Source: an uncultured Bacteroidia bacterium
Lineage (GTDB): Bacteria > Bacteroidota > Bacteroidia > Bacteroidales > F082
Length of the DNA stretch: 64,000 nt
NCBI GenBank assembly: GCA_963759045.1
Contig: CAVWXM010000033.1
Coordinates: 6,452-70,451 of the forward strand
Direction: 5' to 3'
A model generated the notes under the pieces. It made no database searches. It was given only the letters and a program-made list of their open reading frames with translations, and was not told where the DNA came from. The position numbers were made by a program, and so were the translations under genes. Positions 10,415 through 20,763 of the stretch are shown piece by piece; positions within the stretch are counted from its first letter, which is position 1; every line of letters starts with the position of its first letter.

Positions 10415-11366
10415 ATGACTTCAAAATATCTTGTAACCGGCTCAACAGGCAGCATCGGCTATGCATTTACTCAAACACTACTTGATGAAAAAATTCCTGT
10501 CACCTTACTTGTCAGGAATAAAGCGAAAGCACTAAAACTTTTTGGAGAAAATACTTTGCTGATTATTGAAGAAGGTGATGCAATGGATTTGCAAAAGCTG
10601 AAAGAAATTGCAAAAGATAAAAAGTTCATTTTTCATGGCATCAATTATCCCTACAATAAATGGGAAGAAAACATGGAAAAGGTTACACTGAATGTAATTG
10701 AGGCTGCAACCAAAAAGTAAGGCTACAATTATTTTTCCCGGTAATATTTACGAGTTTGGCAATGTGAAGCAAATTACGGAAGATATGATTCCTAAACCAT
10801 CCACCAAAAAAGGAATTATAAGACTTAGATTATTTGATTTATTAAAAGCGTCTGCAGAAGCAAGTAAATGCAAGGTTATTTTTATTCGGCTTCCTGATTT
10901 TTACGGACCAAATGTGACAAATGGTTTAATTAAACCTGTATTTGGAAATGCTGCCAAGAAAAAGGCCATCAACTGGTTGATCAATGCTGATATTCCTCAT
11001 CAGTTTGTTTACACACCTGATGCAGCAAAATTGATTTATTTGTTATGCTTAAAGAATAATTTGCCTGCCTTTACAAATTATAATTATGGCGGGTGTGTTT
11101 TTTCATCAGTAAAAGATCTGGTAAAACAAATAAGCCAGATAACTGGCGGCCCTGATAAAGTAAAGGTTTTGCCCAAATGGATAATGAATATGATGTCATT
11201 GTTCATGCCCGTAATTAAGGAGTTAAAAGAAAACTATTATATGTTTGAGAATAATGTAGAACTAAATGATAAAAAGCTTCGTAGCGATTTTCCGGATTTT
11301 GTTGAAACTCCTTTAGAAGATACAATTAAACAAACCATCGTATGGTTTAAGGAAAATGATAAATAA
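10415..11366 (+). pseudogene. NAD(P)-dependent epimerase/dehydratase family, right copy, frameshifted
   Basis: Split into 10415..10720 and 10698..11366. The indel lies in an A-run at about 10712-10717 (A5 versus A4 in the left copy). About 12 of 316 aa differ from the left copy. Confidence 0.7.
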
Positions 11367-11482
11367 TTATCATATGGAAGGTCCAAAAGGCTGATTGAGT
11401 TATTAATTTTTCTAATAACCATTAACCATTAACAAATATCCATCTAATCCATATCTTTGTTCCAAGTCAACAGCAATAGCCA

Positions 11483-14400
11483 ATGATTCCAACCAAAGCC
11501 GATATAGAAACCCAAAAAAAGTATTTCGAGGAAGTTTCGTTTTCGAACATCATGCGAAAGCGTATCTATAATGTACTAATTATTTCAAGTGTATACGATG
11601 CTTTTATTATTGAGGAAGATGGACGTATTGAAGAGCAGATTTTTTATGAATATATGTCATTGAATTTGCGATTTCCACCAAGGTTTATCAATACTACTTC
11701 TGAAAAAAACGCCTTTAAAGTTTTAAAGGAAGAAGATATTGACCTTGTTGTAACCATGTTAAGTGTAGAAGAAACAGATACTTTCCAACTGGCAGACAAC
11801 ATTAAATCAAAATATCCTGACATTCCTATTGTTGTTTTCACACCTTTTTCACGTGAGGTAAGTCTGAAAATAGAGAAGCTTGACCTCGGGTCAATCGATT
11901 ATATTTTTAGTTGGCTTGGTAATGCTGACATTCTATTGGCAATCATTAAATTGATTGAGGATAAGATGAACGTGGAACATGATGTGACGGAAGTGGGGGT
12001 TCAAACCATCATCCCTTGTTGAGGACACACATTCGGTTTTATTCCAGTTACCTTCCAAATATTTATAAAATCATTTTTAAGCAATCTAAATCATTCATGA
12101 CGGAAGGATTAAACGAGCACCAAAAGATGATGCGTGCCCGAGGCCGACCAAAAATTTTACTTGCCACCAATTATGAAGATGCATTGAACTGTATGAACTG
12201 TACAAACATAATTTATTGGGTGTTATTTCTGATATTACGTATCAAAGAGTGGTGAAAAAAGATACAAATGCCGGTATTAGCCTGGTTCGGCATATAAAAA
12301 ACGAAAATAAATATACCCCGTTATTGTTGCAATCATCAAATCCCGAAAATCAATCCAAAGCGAAGGTATTAAGAGTAGGTTATATTGACAAAAATTCAAA
12401 GAGTTTAAATTATGAATTACGGGAATTTATTAAGGAATATTTTGCTTTTGGAGATTTTATTTTTAAACAACCTAAAACGCATGAAATTGTTGCCAGGGCC
12501 AGGGATTTAAAAGATTTGCAGGAAAAGATATTCCAGATTCCCGAGGATTCATTGATGTATCATATCGAACGGGATCATATTTCAAAATGGCTGAGAGCAC
12601 GTGCGTTATTCCCAATTGCCAATCTTTTTAAGCAATTTACAAGAGAAGATTTCAAAAATAGCTATGAAATACGGACATTCGTATTTGAGGCAATAGCAAA
12701 TTTCAGAATATCAAAAGCCAGGGGTGTAATTTCCAAATTTAACCGGGAAAGTTTTGACGAATACTTTACCATTACGCGGATCGGTGAAGGATCTATCGGC
12801 GGTAAGGCCAGAGGCCTGGCATTTCTTGATTCATTGATTAAACGGAATCACCTCTATAATGAATTTGATAAAGTAAGCATCACAATTCCAAAAACAGTTG
12901 TACTTGGAACCGACATTTTTGATGAATTCATGGAGGAGAACCAATTGTACCAAATTGCAATGTCGGATGACCTGAATGATACTGAAATATTAGAACACTT
13001 CGTCAATGCCCGTCTCCCTGAAAGGATACACGATGATATTTATACCATCCTCACATTCGTTGATCGACCACTGGCTGTAAGATCTTCGAGTTTATTGGAA
13101 GATTCCCATTATCAACCTTTTGCCGGAATTTACAATACCTATATGGTGCCTTACCTAAAGGATGATCTTAACAAGATGTTTGAAATGGTGAAGTCAAGCA
13201 TTAAGGCTGTTTATGCATCGGCATATTACAAAGACAGTAAAGCCTATATGCAGGCTACGTCAAATGTGATTGATGAGGAAAAGATGGCCATTGTAATGCA
13301 AACAGTTTGTGGAAGCCAGTATGGCGACCGTTTTTATCCAACACTATCTGGAGTGGGACGGTCAATCGATTATTATCCAATACCTCCCGAAAAACCGGAA
13401 GATGGAACTGTCAGCATCGCACTTGGACTTGGAAAGTATATTGTTGACGGAGGATTGTCCTTAAGGTTTACACCGAAATATCCAAAAAAAGTTTTGCAAA
13501 CATCAAATCCGGATATGGCAGTTAAAGAAACACAGAAACATTTCTTTGCATTAAGTCTGAACCCGGATGAATTTACCACTTCACCCGATGATAGTAAATC
13601 GTTACTGAAACTTAGAATTAAGGAGGCAGAAAAGGATGATTCGATCAGAATGATTGCTTCTACCTATGACTTCCAAAATAACACCATAAGGGACGGTTAT
13701 GCTGATGAGGGATTAAAACTAATTACCTTCTCCAATATATTAAAACACAATACTTTTCCATTGGCCGCCATCCTTCAGAAAATTTTGTCACTGGGCGAAA
13801 AAGAAATGGGATATCCTGTTGAAATTGAATTTGCTGTGGATTTGAAACCGGAAAAAAATGGCAACATTGTTTTCAATATGCTGCAAATTCGTCCGATAGC
13901 AACCAAGCAGGAAAGCATCAATCTTAACAAAGCCAATATTTCAAAAGATGATGCATTGATCATTTCAGAATCAGCACTTGGAAATGGAATTATCAATGAT
14001 ATTTATGATGTTGTATATATACGTCCTCAAAACTTTGAGGCTTCCAGAAATAAAGAAACGGTGAATATGATCGATGAGATCAATGATCGGTTTTTAGAAC
14101 AAGGGAAGAACTATATACTTATTGGCCCGGGCCGCTGGGGTTCAGCTGATCCATGGCTGGGTATTCCGGTTAAATGGCCTCAAATTTCTGCTGCGCGGGT
14201 GATCATTCGAAGTCAGGTCTCGAAAATTACCGCATTGACCCCAGTCAGGGAACCCACTTCTTCCAGAACCTGACTTCGTTCCGGGTGGGATTTTTCACCA
14301 TCAATCCATTTATTAATGATGGTTCATACGATCTTGGGTTCTTAGCATAGGCAAAAAGCCATTTTTGAGAATGAATTGGTAAGGCACTAGGTTTTAAAAG

Positions 14401-14485
14401 ACCAATGACTATCATGATTGATGGAAAACAAAACCTGGGGGTTATACTAAAACTTGGTGTTTCGGTCAAACCAGGATTAGAATAA
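11483..14485 (+). pseudogene. Dual receiver-domain / PPDK_N protein, right copy, with at least 5 frame disruptions
   Basis: Fragments are 11483..12022, 12016..12255 and 12216..14273, plus a shifted C-terminus. Relative to the left copy: +2 nt near 12020, -1 nt near 12190, +2 nt near 14205, +1 nt near 14345, and at least one more before the end. The end coordinate is approximate. Confidence 0.7.
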
Positions 14486-14495
14486 AGTATAATAA

Positions 14496-15586
14496 ATCAA
14501 ACAATTGAAGTGAGTGATCCTGTTAATAAATTAGCAGTCAAACAAGAGGTGAATTGGAAGCACTCCAAGTAAATCACCGGGTTTAAATTTTTTGAGAAAT
14601 TGTTCAGGCATCTTTACGATACCATGTTCCTGCGAGATTGATGAAACGTAAGCCCCCGGAATAGGATCCGACCACCCTTTATCAGTAAGATTGACGACAT
14701 ATCCAAAAAGTTTAAAATCATTGTCAGCAGCAATAAATTCTTTTGAAAAATGAACGGCACCACCATAAACAACTATTTCATTCCTTTCGGGATAGACTGA
14801 AACAACAGGGCAGGCAACAGCTACTGCAATATCGTCCAATTGACAGGAACCTATATGATATTGCATCACATCATAATATACAAAATTGCCCGGCCGTATT
14901 TCATCAAATCCACTTAAATCATCTGCAAGGCTGCAGGAGGGTGAATCCCCATAAGAAATGATAATGTCAGGAAAATGAGCAATATATTTTTGTTTTAATG
15001 TTTGCAGTTTTATTTGTGCATCATCCATGATCGAAAGAATCTCTTCTTTCCCTTTTGCTGAATAAGTGTTACCGGCATGGTTCAGAAAGCCTTTGAATTG
15101 AAGTTTGTCAGATTTGTTGCATACAGATACGATGTCATCAATTGCTTTCGTTTGTTTCGGTAATAGACCAGAACGATGATATCCATTGTCAATTTCAATG
15201 AACAGACCAACTTTATTCGTTAATTCAGAGGCTAATTTTGTTGTTGAAAATACTGAATCAACAATTAAATTCAGGTTGATTTTACCTGATAACTCCCTGA
15301 TATTTTCTATTTCCAATAAGTTAACAGGAAAGGCAATGGTGATATCATTCCAGAGATGATCAGCAAAATATTGTGCCATTGAAACAGAAGATACAGTGAT
15401 TTTATCAACCCCGTTTTTCCTGAATATTTCGGCAATATCGGTTGACTGGTGGGTTTTAAAATGAGGCCTGAAAATTAATTTGCTTCGGTTTGCTTTTTCA
15501 AGCATCCGGTTGATATTATTTTCAACAATTGACTTGCTGATAATCAGTGTTGGCTTGGTAAACATTTGTTGATGATATAAAAACAA
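14496..15586 (-). CDS. D-TA/DSD1-family PLP enzyme (alanine-racemase N-terminal fold; D-threonine aldolase / D-serine dehydratase-like)
   Basis: The FRPHFKTHQS PLP-lysine motif is present. The track ORF ends at 14531 with ...PIHLLFDC. Removing one c from cacctc restores PIHSCLTANL..., which fits the family, with a stop at 14496-14498. Confidence 0.75.
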
Positions 15587-15637
15587 ATGTAATGAAGATT
15601 AAGGGTTTTGTTGAAATTAAGAACAGTTAGATATGAA

Positions 15638-16090
15638 TTACCTAACAACTTTTACACGCACGGCAGTTGGCCCTTTTTGTCCCATTTCAACTTCAAAACT
15701 TACCAGGTTGCCTTCTTTGATTTCTTCAAGTACATTGTTTACATGTACAAAAACACTTTCCTGTGTTTCTGAATCCCTGATAAATCCAAAACCTTTTGAA
15801 TCGTTAAAAAAGGATACTGTTCCTTTGCGAATAGGATCCATCTCTTCAGCAGCAGCTCGTTTGGGTATGCTGATTTCAATATCTTCTAATTTGGCCTTTT
15901 TCTTCTTGGCAGGATCCGGGGGAGTATCAGTCAACATTCCATTTTCATCAACATAAGCAATCATGTCGTCAAGATTGCCACTTTTTTCATTTTCTTTCCT
16001 GGCTAATCTTTTCTTTTCTTTTTCTTTTCTCTTTTTTTCTTTTTTATTTCTTACTTCTTTTTTATTGAATGTTTCCTGTGATCTTCCCAT
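15638..16090 (-). CDS. Cold-shock-domain protein with a Lys/Glu-rich N-terminal extension
   Basis: The C-terminal 65 aa, GTVSFFNDSKGFGFIRD...VFVHVN...VSFEVEMGQKGPTAVRV, form a canonical CSD with RNP1-like KGFGFI. Confidence 0.9.
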   Translation of the reverse strand: MGRSQETFNKKEVRNKKEKKRKEKEKKRLARKENEKSGNLDDMIAYVDENGMLTDTPPDPAKKKKAKLEDIEISIPKRAAAEEMDPIRKGTVSFFNDSKGFGFIRDSETQESVFVHVNNVLEEIKEGNLVSFEVEMGQKGPTAVRVKVVR

Positions 16091-16413
16091 AAATTGTTTT
16101 TACCTTAAATTGTTTAGCATTTTAATTGTGATTTAAAAAGGTGGCCTGCAATAGTAATTCGTAGCACAAATTCTTAAACCTGAAATTTTTACAAAAGTAG
16201 GCTTTTATTCTCAGAAATTGACGATTCATGTGTTGATTTACAGTTGAGAAATTAAGAAATGCACATTTAATCAGTGTTTTGTGTTAAGCTATGCTCAATA
16301 ATTAAGTTGACAAAAAGTCATTACTTAGTTTACGTTAATTCATTTTCAAAAATTGAAGGATGAGGAAATAAAATCAATTAGGATATTTTAAGAATGAATT
16401 GTTCAGTTAGTAG

Positions 16414-16421
16414 TATCTTTG
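16414..16421 (+). promoter_or_regulatory. Putative Bacteroidota sigma-A -7 box (TATCTTTG)
   Basis: Exact TAnnTTTG match 72 nt upstream of the desaturase ATG. Confidence 0.35.
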
Positions 16422-16492
16422 TTGACGAAATACTGCCAGGAGATAACTAACTAAATATCCTACCACCACCTCTTAGGCTAAATTTTAAGCCT

Positions 16493-17671
16493 ATGAGAAC
16501 TATCGCTGCTGAGCAAATCAATACTAAAAAACGAACACCTTTACCTAAGGTAACATTTGGAAAATATAAGCAAAAAAAATTTCATAAAGAGGTCAAAGAC
16601 AGGGTTGATCAATATTTTATTTCTGGTAATATTTCTAAAAGTGCCAATGTTGAAATGGTTCTCAAAACAATATTAATTTTATTGGGTTGGGCATGTACTT
16701 ATTTCATTATTCTTTCAAACTTAGTAAGCCCTTTATGGATGTTTGTACTTGCCTTATTTCATGGTTTTTTTACAGCAATGATCGGCATGAACATAGCACA
16801 TGATGCCATTCATGGTGCCTATACCAATAATTCGAAATTAAACAAAAGGATAGGTGTGATTTTTAACCTGATTGGTGCGAATGATTATGTTTGGGGTATA
16901 AGCCATAACATCGTTCATCATACCTATACCAATATACCACAACATGATGAAGACATTCATCAAGTGCCGATCCTTCGCATGGAACCCACACAAAAACTTT
17001 GGTGGATTCATCGGTTTCAATACATCTATGCTTTTGTTATTTATTGTTTTGCAACGATCTCCTGGGTTTTTGCAAAAGATTACGTCAAATTTTTTCAGCG
17101 GCAACTGGGGGGGCATTATAGAAAAACTTTCCCAAGAAAGGAAATTTTTCGCTTATTTATTTATAAAGCCGTTTATTATTCTGTTTTCCTGGTTATCCCA
17201 ATGCTGTTGATTAAACTGCCCTGGTATTGGATTCTATTTGGTTTTGTATCTGCTCATTTTGTGGAGGGTTTCATCCTTGCCGTGATATTCAGCTTAGCAC
17301 ATGTGATTGAAGAAACTGATTATCCTTTTCCTGGCCCCGATAATAAAATAGAGATGCCATGGGCAAATCTGCAGATGCACACGACTGCTAATTTTGCTGT
17401 GAAAAACCGCACAGTAAATTACATTTGTGGAGGGCTTAATTTACAGATAGTACATCATTTGTTTCCCAAATTATGCCATGTGCATTACCCCAAATTAGCT
17501 GAAATTGTTAAACAAACAGCCATGGATCATAAGCTGCCAAATATTGAATATAAAACCTTTTTCGGAGCCCTTGCCTCACATACACGTATGTTAAAAAAAT
17601 TCGGTACTTCTTCAATAATGCCCACTCAGAATAGAAGATGTACAACACCAATTGTTAAATTAACGAGGTGA
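16493..17671 (+). CDS. Membrane fatty-acid desaturase, front-end (delta-6-like) type, no cytochrome b5 fusion
   Basis: Three His boxes are present: HDAIH, HNIVHH and QIVHH (Q replaces the first H in box 3). N-terminal TM helices are present. Confidence 0.85.
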   Translation: MRTIAAEQINTKKRTPLPKVTFGKYKQKKFHKEVKDRVDQYFISGNISKSANVEMVLKTILILLGWACTYFIILSNLVSPLWMFVLALFHGFFTAMIGMNIAHDAIHGAYTNNSKLNKRIGVIFNLIGANDYVWGISHNIVHHTYTNIPQHDEDIHQVPILRMEPTQKLWWIHRFQYIYAFVIYCFATISWVFAKDYVKFFQRQLGGHYRKTFPRKEIFRLFIYKAVYYSVFLVIPMLLIKLPWYWILFGFVSAHFVEGFILAVIFSLAHVIEETDYPFPGPDNKIEMPWANLQMHTTANFAVKNRTVNYICGGLNLQIVHHLFPKLCHVHYPKLAEIVKQTAMDHKLPNIEYKTFFGALASHTRMLKKFGTSSIMPTQNRRCTTPIVKLTR

Positions 17672-17730
17672 CAAGTTCATAATTCAACAATGATAACTTC
17701 TTAGTACGGACGTTCTGAAAATGTCTTTTT

Positions 17731-18810
17731 TTATGCAAACGGATAGTCAGTATAACCTTTTTCACCAGGTGTATAAAATGCATCGAAATCTGGTTGATTA
17801 AGGGGTATATTATTTTCCAATCGGTATACCAGGTCAGGATTTGCAAGAAACGTCTTTCCGAACGCTACAAGATCACCTTTTCCTTCTTCTATTACCAGAT
17901 TTGCTTTTTCTTTATCAGAAAAACCGCCGCTTGCTATAATAGTATGGCCAAACGCATTTTTGATTTTTGACTTAACGGATTCAGTAACTTCAGGAGCACC
18001 CATCGAGGAATGATCAACTATATGTATATAGGCGAGATTTAATTTTCCAAGCTCCCTGGCAATATATTCGAAAGTATCTTCCAGACCCTCGAATGTTTCC
18101 ATATCGTTAAACGCTCCGAATGGGGAAAGCCTGATAGCAGTTCTGTCGGGTCCAATGGCTTTTGAAACTTTTTTTGCTACTTCAATGGCAAAAAGGGTCC
18201 TGTTTTCAAGCGAGCCACCATAATGATCGGACCTTTTATTGGATGCTGTATTAATAAATTGATCGATGAGGTAACCATTTGCACCGTGAAGTTCGATTCC
18301 GTCAAAACCGGCTTCAATAGCATTTTTGGCAGCGTCAACATATTCATTTTGTGTTTTTTCAATATCCTGGATGGTCATTTCTTTTGGAACAGGATAAGCT
18401 TGCATACCTTTTTGATCAGTCCACATTTCACCACTTAAGGCTATTGCCGAAGGGGCTATTACTTCCGCACCTTTTTCCATGTTGTCAGGATGCGAAACCC
18501 GGCCCGTATGCATCAATTGCATAAACATTTTACCACCTTTTTGATGGACTGCCTTTGTAATTAATTTCCATCCTTCGGTTTGATCCCGACTAAAAATTCC
18601 AGGAATCCTGGGATAGCCAAGTCCGTTTGGTGAAGGGGCAGTCCCCTCAGTAATAATTAATCCTGCATCTGAACGTTGTTTGTAGTATTCAGCCATTAAT
18701 TCGTTTGGAATATTATTTATAGCCCTTGACCGAGTCATTGGAGCCATAACAATTCTGTTTTTCAATTCAATGTTTACTAGTTTAAATTTGTTAAAAAGCT
18801 TCATCGCCAT
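17731..18810 (-). CDS. Old Yellow Enzyme family NADH:flavin oxidoreductase (alkene reductase)
   Basis: 359 aa. VMAPMTRSRA, HGANGYLIDQF and similar motifs are typical of the OYE/NemA family. Confidence 0.9.
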   Translation of the reverse strand: MAMKLFNKFKLVNIELKNRIVMAPMTRSRAINNIPNELMAEYYKQRSDAGLIITEGTAPSPNGLGYPRIPGIFSRDQTEGWKLITKAVHQKGGKMFMQLMHTGRVSHPDNMEKGAEVIAPSAIALSGEMWTDQKGMQAYPVPKEMTIQDIEKTQNEYVDAAKNAIEAGFDGIELHGANGYLIDQFINTASNKRSDHYGGSLENRTLFAIEVAKKVSKAIGPDRTAIRLSPFGAFNDMETFEGLEDTFEYIARELGKLNLAYIHIVDHSSMGAPEVTESVKSKIKNAFGHTIIASGGFSDKEKANLVIEEGKGDLVAFGKTFLANPDLVYRLENNIPLNQPDFDAFYTPGEKGYTDYPFA

Positions 18811-19047
18811 GATAGTTTGTATTATTAGTAATTATACAAGAAACAATCTTGAGATTAATATTGTTTAAATTCAGATATTAAAAAATATGATTTTTGAGTA
18901 TGAAAGTAAAAAGGGGATAAAAATACACTATTTAATTCTAGTGAAAATAGACTGAAATATTGAATGAATATACTCCAGATTACTTGTTATTCTTAAACTT
19001 AGTTCTTGTCCGAAGCTGTGTTTATTCTTCTTAAGTAGAAAACTCTC

Positions 19048-19995
19048 TTATTCATTAATAAGGTTATAGGGAGTTTCATTTCGATACATTCTTAAGGCAT
19101 TTCTTGCCGCATTGATGCGCATTTCCTTAATGGAGGATTGCGAATAATATGAAGTATGCGGGTTAATGATAATTCTGCCTTGCAATTCGTTACTTAAATC
19201 CCTCCACGCATTTATAAGTCTGCATGGCTCGGGAGGTTCTATTTCCAATACATCAATAGCCAGACTATATAATTGATTTTCAATGAGCGCATCATAAAGG
19301 ATGTCCAAATCAGCAAATAAACCACCTCTTGCAGTATTCACGATGGAGGCACCTTGCTTCATATTTCGAACAAATTGACCATCAATAATGTCCATTGTTT
19401 CATCATTTAACGGAGTATGAATTGAAACAATATCCGAAAGCTCGAGTAAATCTTCAATGCTTTCCAAACGTTTTCCGTTAATTAACTTTTCATAACCCCT
19501 CTCTTTATATGGATCAAAGAATACAGTTTTAAATTTGAGTGCATTGCATTTCATTAAAACACTTCCTCCTATTCTACCTGCTCCAATTATTCCTATTGTT
19601 ATTTGATTATTCCTTTTAATGGATGGCTGTATATTTTCCTGCCAGTTGTTGAAATACTTTTTTGCTTCAAAGTTATAGTTGTATACTCCTCTGGCAATGC
19701 TTAAAATCATGGAAACAGTTGTGTCAGCGACCTCATCGGTGCCATAATCAGGATTATTACTTAAAACTATACCTTTAGATTTAAGATATGGTATATCTAT
19801 TGTGTCATAACCAACTCCATAACGCTGAACTCCAATAAGATTTGGTGCTGCCTTCAAATACTCTTCATCAATTTTTTCATGCCAAACTAGTAGAACCTTG
19901 GTGTCCTTTCCAACCTCGGTTCCAACGAGATCACCCAAAATTTCGTATTCTTCTTGCGGTTTATCAAAATAATCTGTAATGGCTATAACGGACAT
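19048..19995 (-). CDS. D-isomer-specific 2-hydroxyacid dehydrogenase (CtBP/PdxB/SerA-like)
   Basis: NAD-binding loop IGIIGAGRIGGSV and a C-terminal catalytic region with NPHTSY. Confidence 0.85.
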   Translation of the reverse strand: MSVIAITDYFDKPQEEYEILGDLVGTEVGKDTKVLLVWHEKIDEEYLKAAPNLIGVQRYGVGYDTIDIPYLKSKGIVLSNNPDYGTDEVADTTVSMILSIARGVYNYNFEAKKYFNNWQENIQPSIKRNNQITIGIIGAGRIGGSVLMKCNALKFKTVFFDPYKERGYEKLINGKRLESIEDLLELSDIVSIHTPLNDETMDIIDGQFVRNMKQGASIVNTARGGLFADLDILYDALIENQLYSLAIDVLEIEPPEPCRLINAWRDLSNELQGRIIINPHTSYYSQSSIKEMRINAARNALRMYRNETPYNLINE

Positions 19996-20013
19996 GATTT
20001 TTTAGTTCTTATT

Positions 20014-20763
20014 TTACGTTGAAGAATCAATGTTTTTATCAATAAGGTGTTTAACAATATCTGAGTATTCGGTTTTTCGATTTTTAAACGATTCTTTAAA
20101 CCTGGAAATATAATCTGCCAGCAGAAAATCATCTTCAGTATCAATATCAATGTTAGATGTTCCTTTGGTTATAAAGAACCCTAATTTACCGGTAAAAACT
20201 CCCCATCCAAGATTTTCATAATTTGACATAAACTTTTTACAATCATAGATAGCAATACCAAAATTTAATGCAACCACTGGTTCAAGATCTTGAGATCGTG
20301 GCAATTGTCCTATTCTGGATAGATTAATTGTTTCTCCTTTATAAAAACAAAATTTTTGAATTTCTTCACCGGATATTAAAGTGTCAAAGTCACTATCAGC
20401 GTAATATTTCCATGCTTGATCTAGTTCTTGAGATGTAATAAAAGGTGTTGTTGGTGTTATAACTGCAAGAAAATCGCTAGGTTCATTTACCATGAAATCA
20501 TAGAGATAATCATCAATCATTGATTGACTTGTTGCTAATTCGGATGTTCTCAAATAAAAGCCGACTTTTTTCTTTGCAGCGATTGTAGCGAGCAATTCAC
20601 TGTCTGAATTAATATAAATATTAGTAAAGTATTTCGTTTCTTTTAAAGAGTCAATAATGTATTCTATTAATGGTTTTTTGTTTAGAAGTCTAAATCCTTT
20701 TAGCTTTACTCTTTGGCTTCCCAATCTGGAAGGGACAACAACATTAATTTTACCTGTTTTCAT
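20014..20763 (-). CDS. NeuA/KdsB-family (CTP_transf_3) cytidylyltransferase
   Basis: The N-terminal VVVPSRLGSQRVKLKGFRLLNKKPLIEY matches the acylneuraminate/KDO cytidylyltransferase signature. It overlaps the upstream gene by 14 nt. Confidence 0.8.
   Translation of the reverse strand: MKTGKINVVVPSRLGSQRVKLKGFRLLNKKPLIEYIIDSLKETKYFTNIYINSDSELLATIAAKKKVGFYLRTSELATSQSMIDDYLYDFMVNEPSDFLAVITPTTPFITSQELDQAWKYYADSDFDTLISGEEIQKFCFYKGETINLSRIGQLPRSQDLEPVVALNFGIAIYDCKKFMSNYENLGWGVFTGKLGFFITKGTSNIDIDTEDDFLLADYISRFKESFKNRKTEYSDIVKHLIDKNIDSST

Larger units (their letters stand above)
7307..14377 (+). repeat. Right arm of the inverted segmental duplication
   Basis: Same alignment as the left arm. Inner homology decays around 7300-7310 (left equivalent about 7072). 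The outer limit is set only by the window edge of the partner arm. Confidence 0.92.

Noticed and set aside
12016-12255. The 79-aa ORF 12016..12255 as a separate small gene.
   Set aside because: Its middle (IRFYSSYLPNIYKIIFKQSKSFMTEGLNEHQKMMRARGRPKILLATNYE) is the in-frame continuation of the receiver/PPDK_N protein. It is a frameshift fragment.
1-14377. The inverted duplication as a simple fold-back, MDA or missed-hairpin-adapter artefact of one template.
   Set aside because: The arms differ by about 2%, with predominantly synonymous substitutions in the lyase and MFS genes, and the centre is genic DNA rather than adapter. A chimeric join of two strain haplotypes is not excluded and is kept as the main caveat in the finding.
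14245-14469. The minus-strand 74-aa ORF overlapping the end of the right arm.
   Set aside because: It lies antisense to the decayed C-terminus of the receiver/PPDK_N gene (recognisable as ...LENYRIDPSQGTHFFQNLTSFRVG.F.INPFINDGS on the plus strand).
15960-16075. A purine/pyrimidine-skewed low-complexity run (ttttcttttc... repeats) that looked like a simple-sequence repeat.
   Set aside because: It encodes the KKEKKRKEKEKKR Lys/Glu-rich N-terminal tail of the cold-shock-domain protein. There is no unit-length periodicity suggesting a phase-variable tract.
16470-16495. A short hairpin (ttaggct-aaatttta-agccta) abutting the desaturase ATG, as a possible RNA thermometer.
   Set aside because: It has only 6 contiguous base pairs and AT-rich flanks, which is too weak to call from sequence. 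It is mentioned only as context in the cold-shock/desaturase finding.
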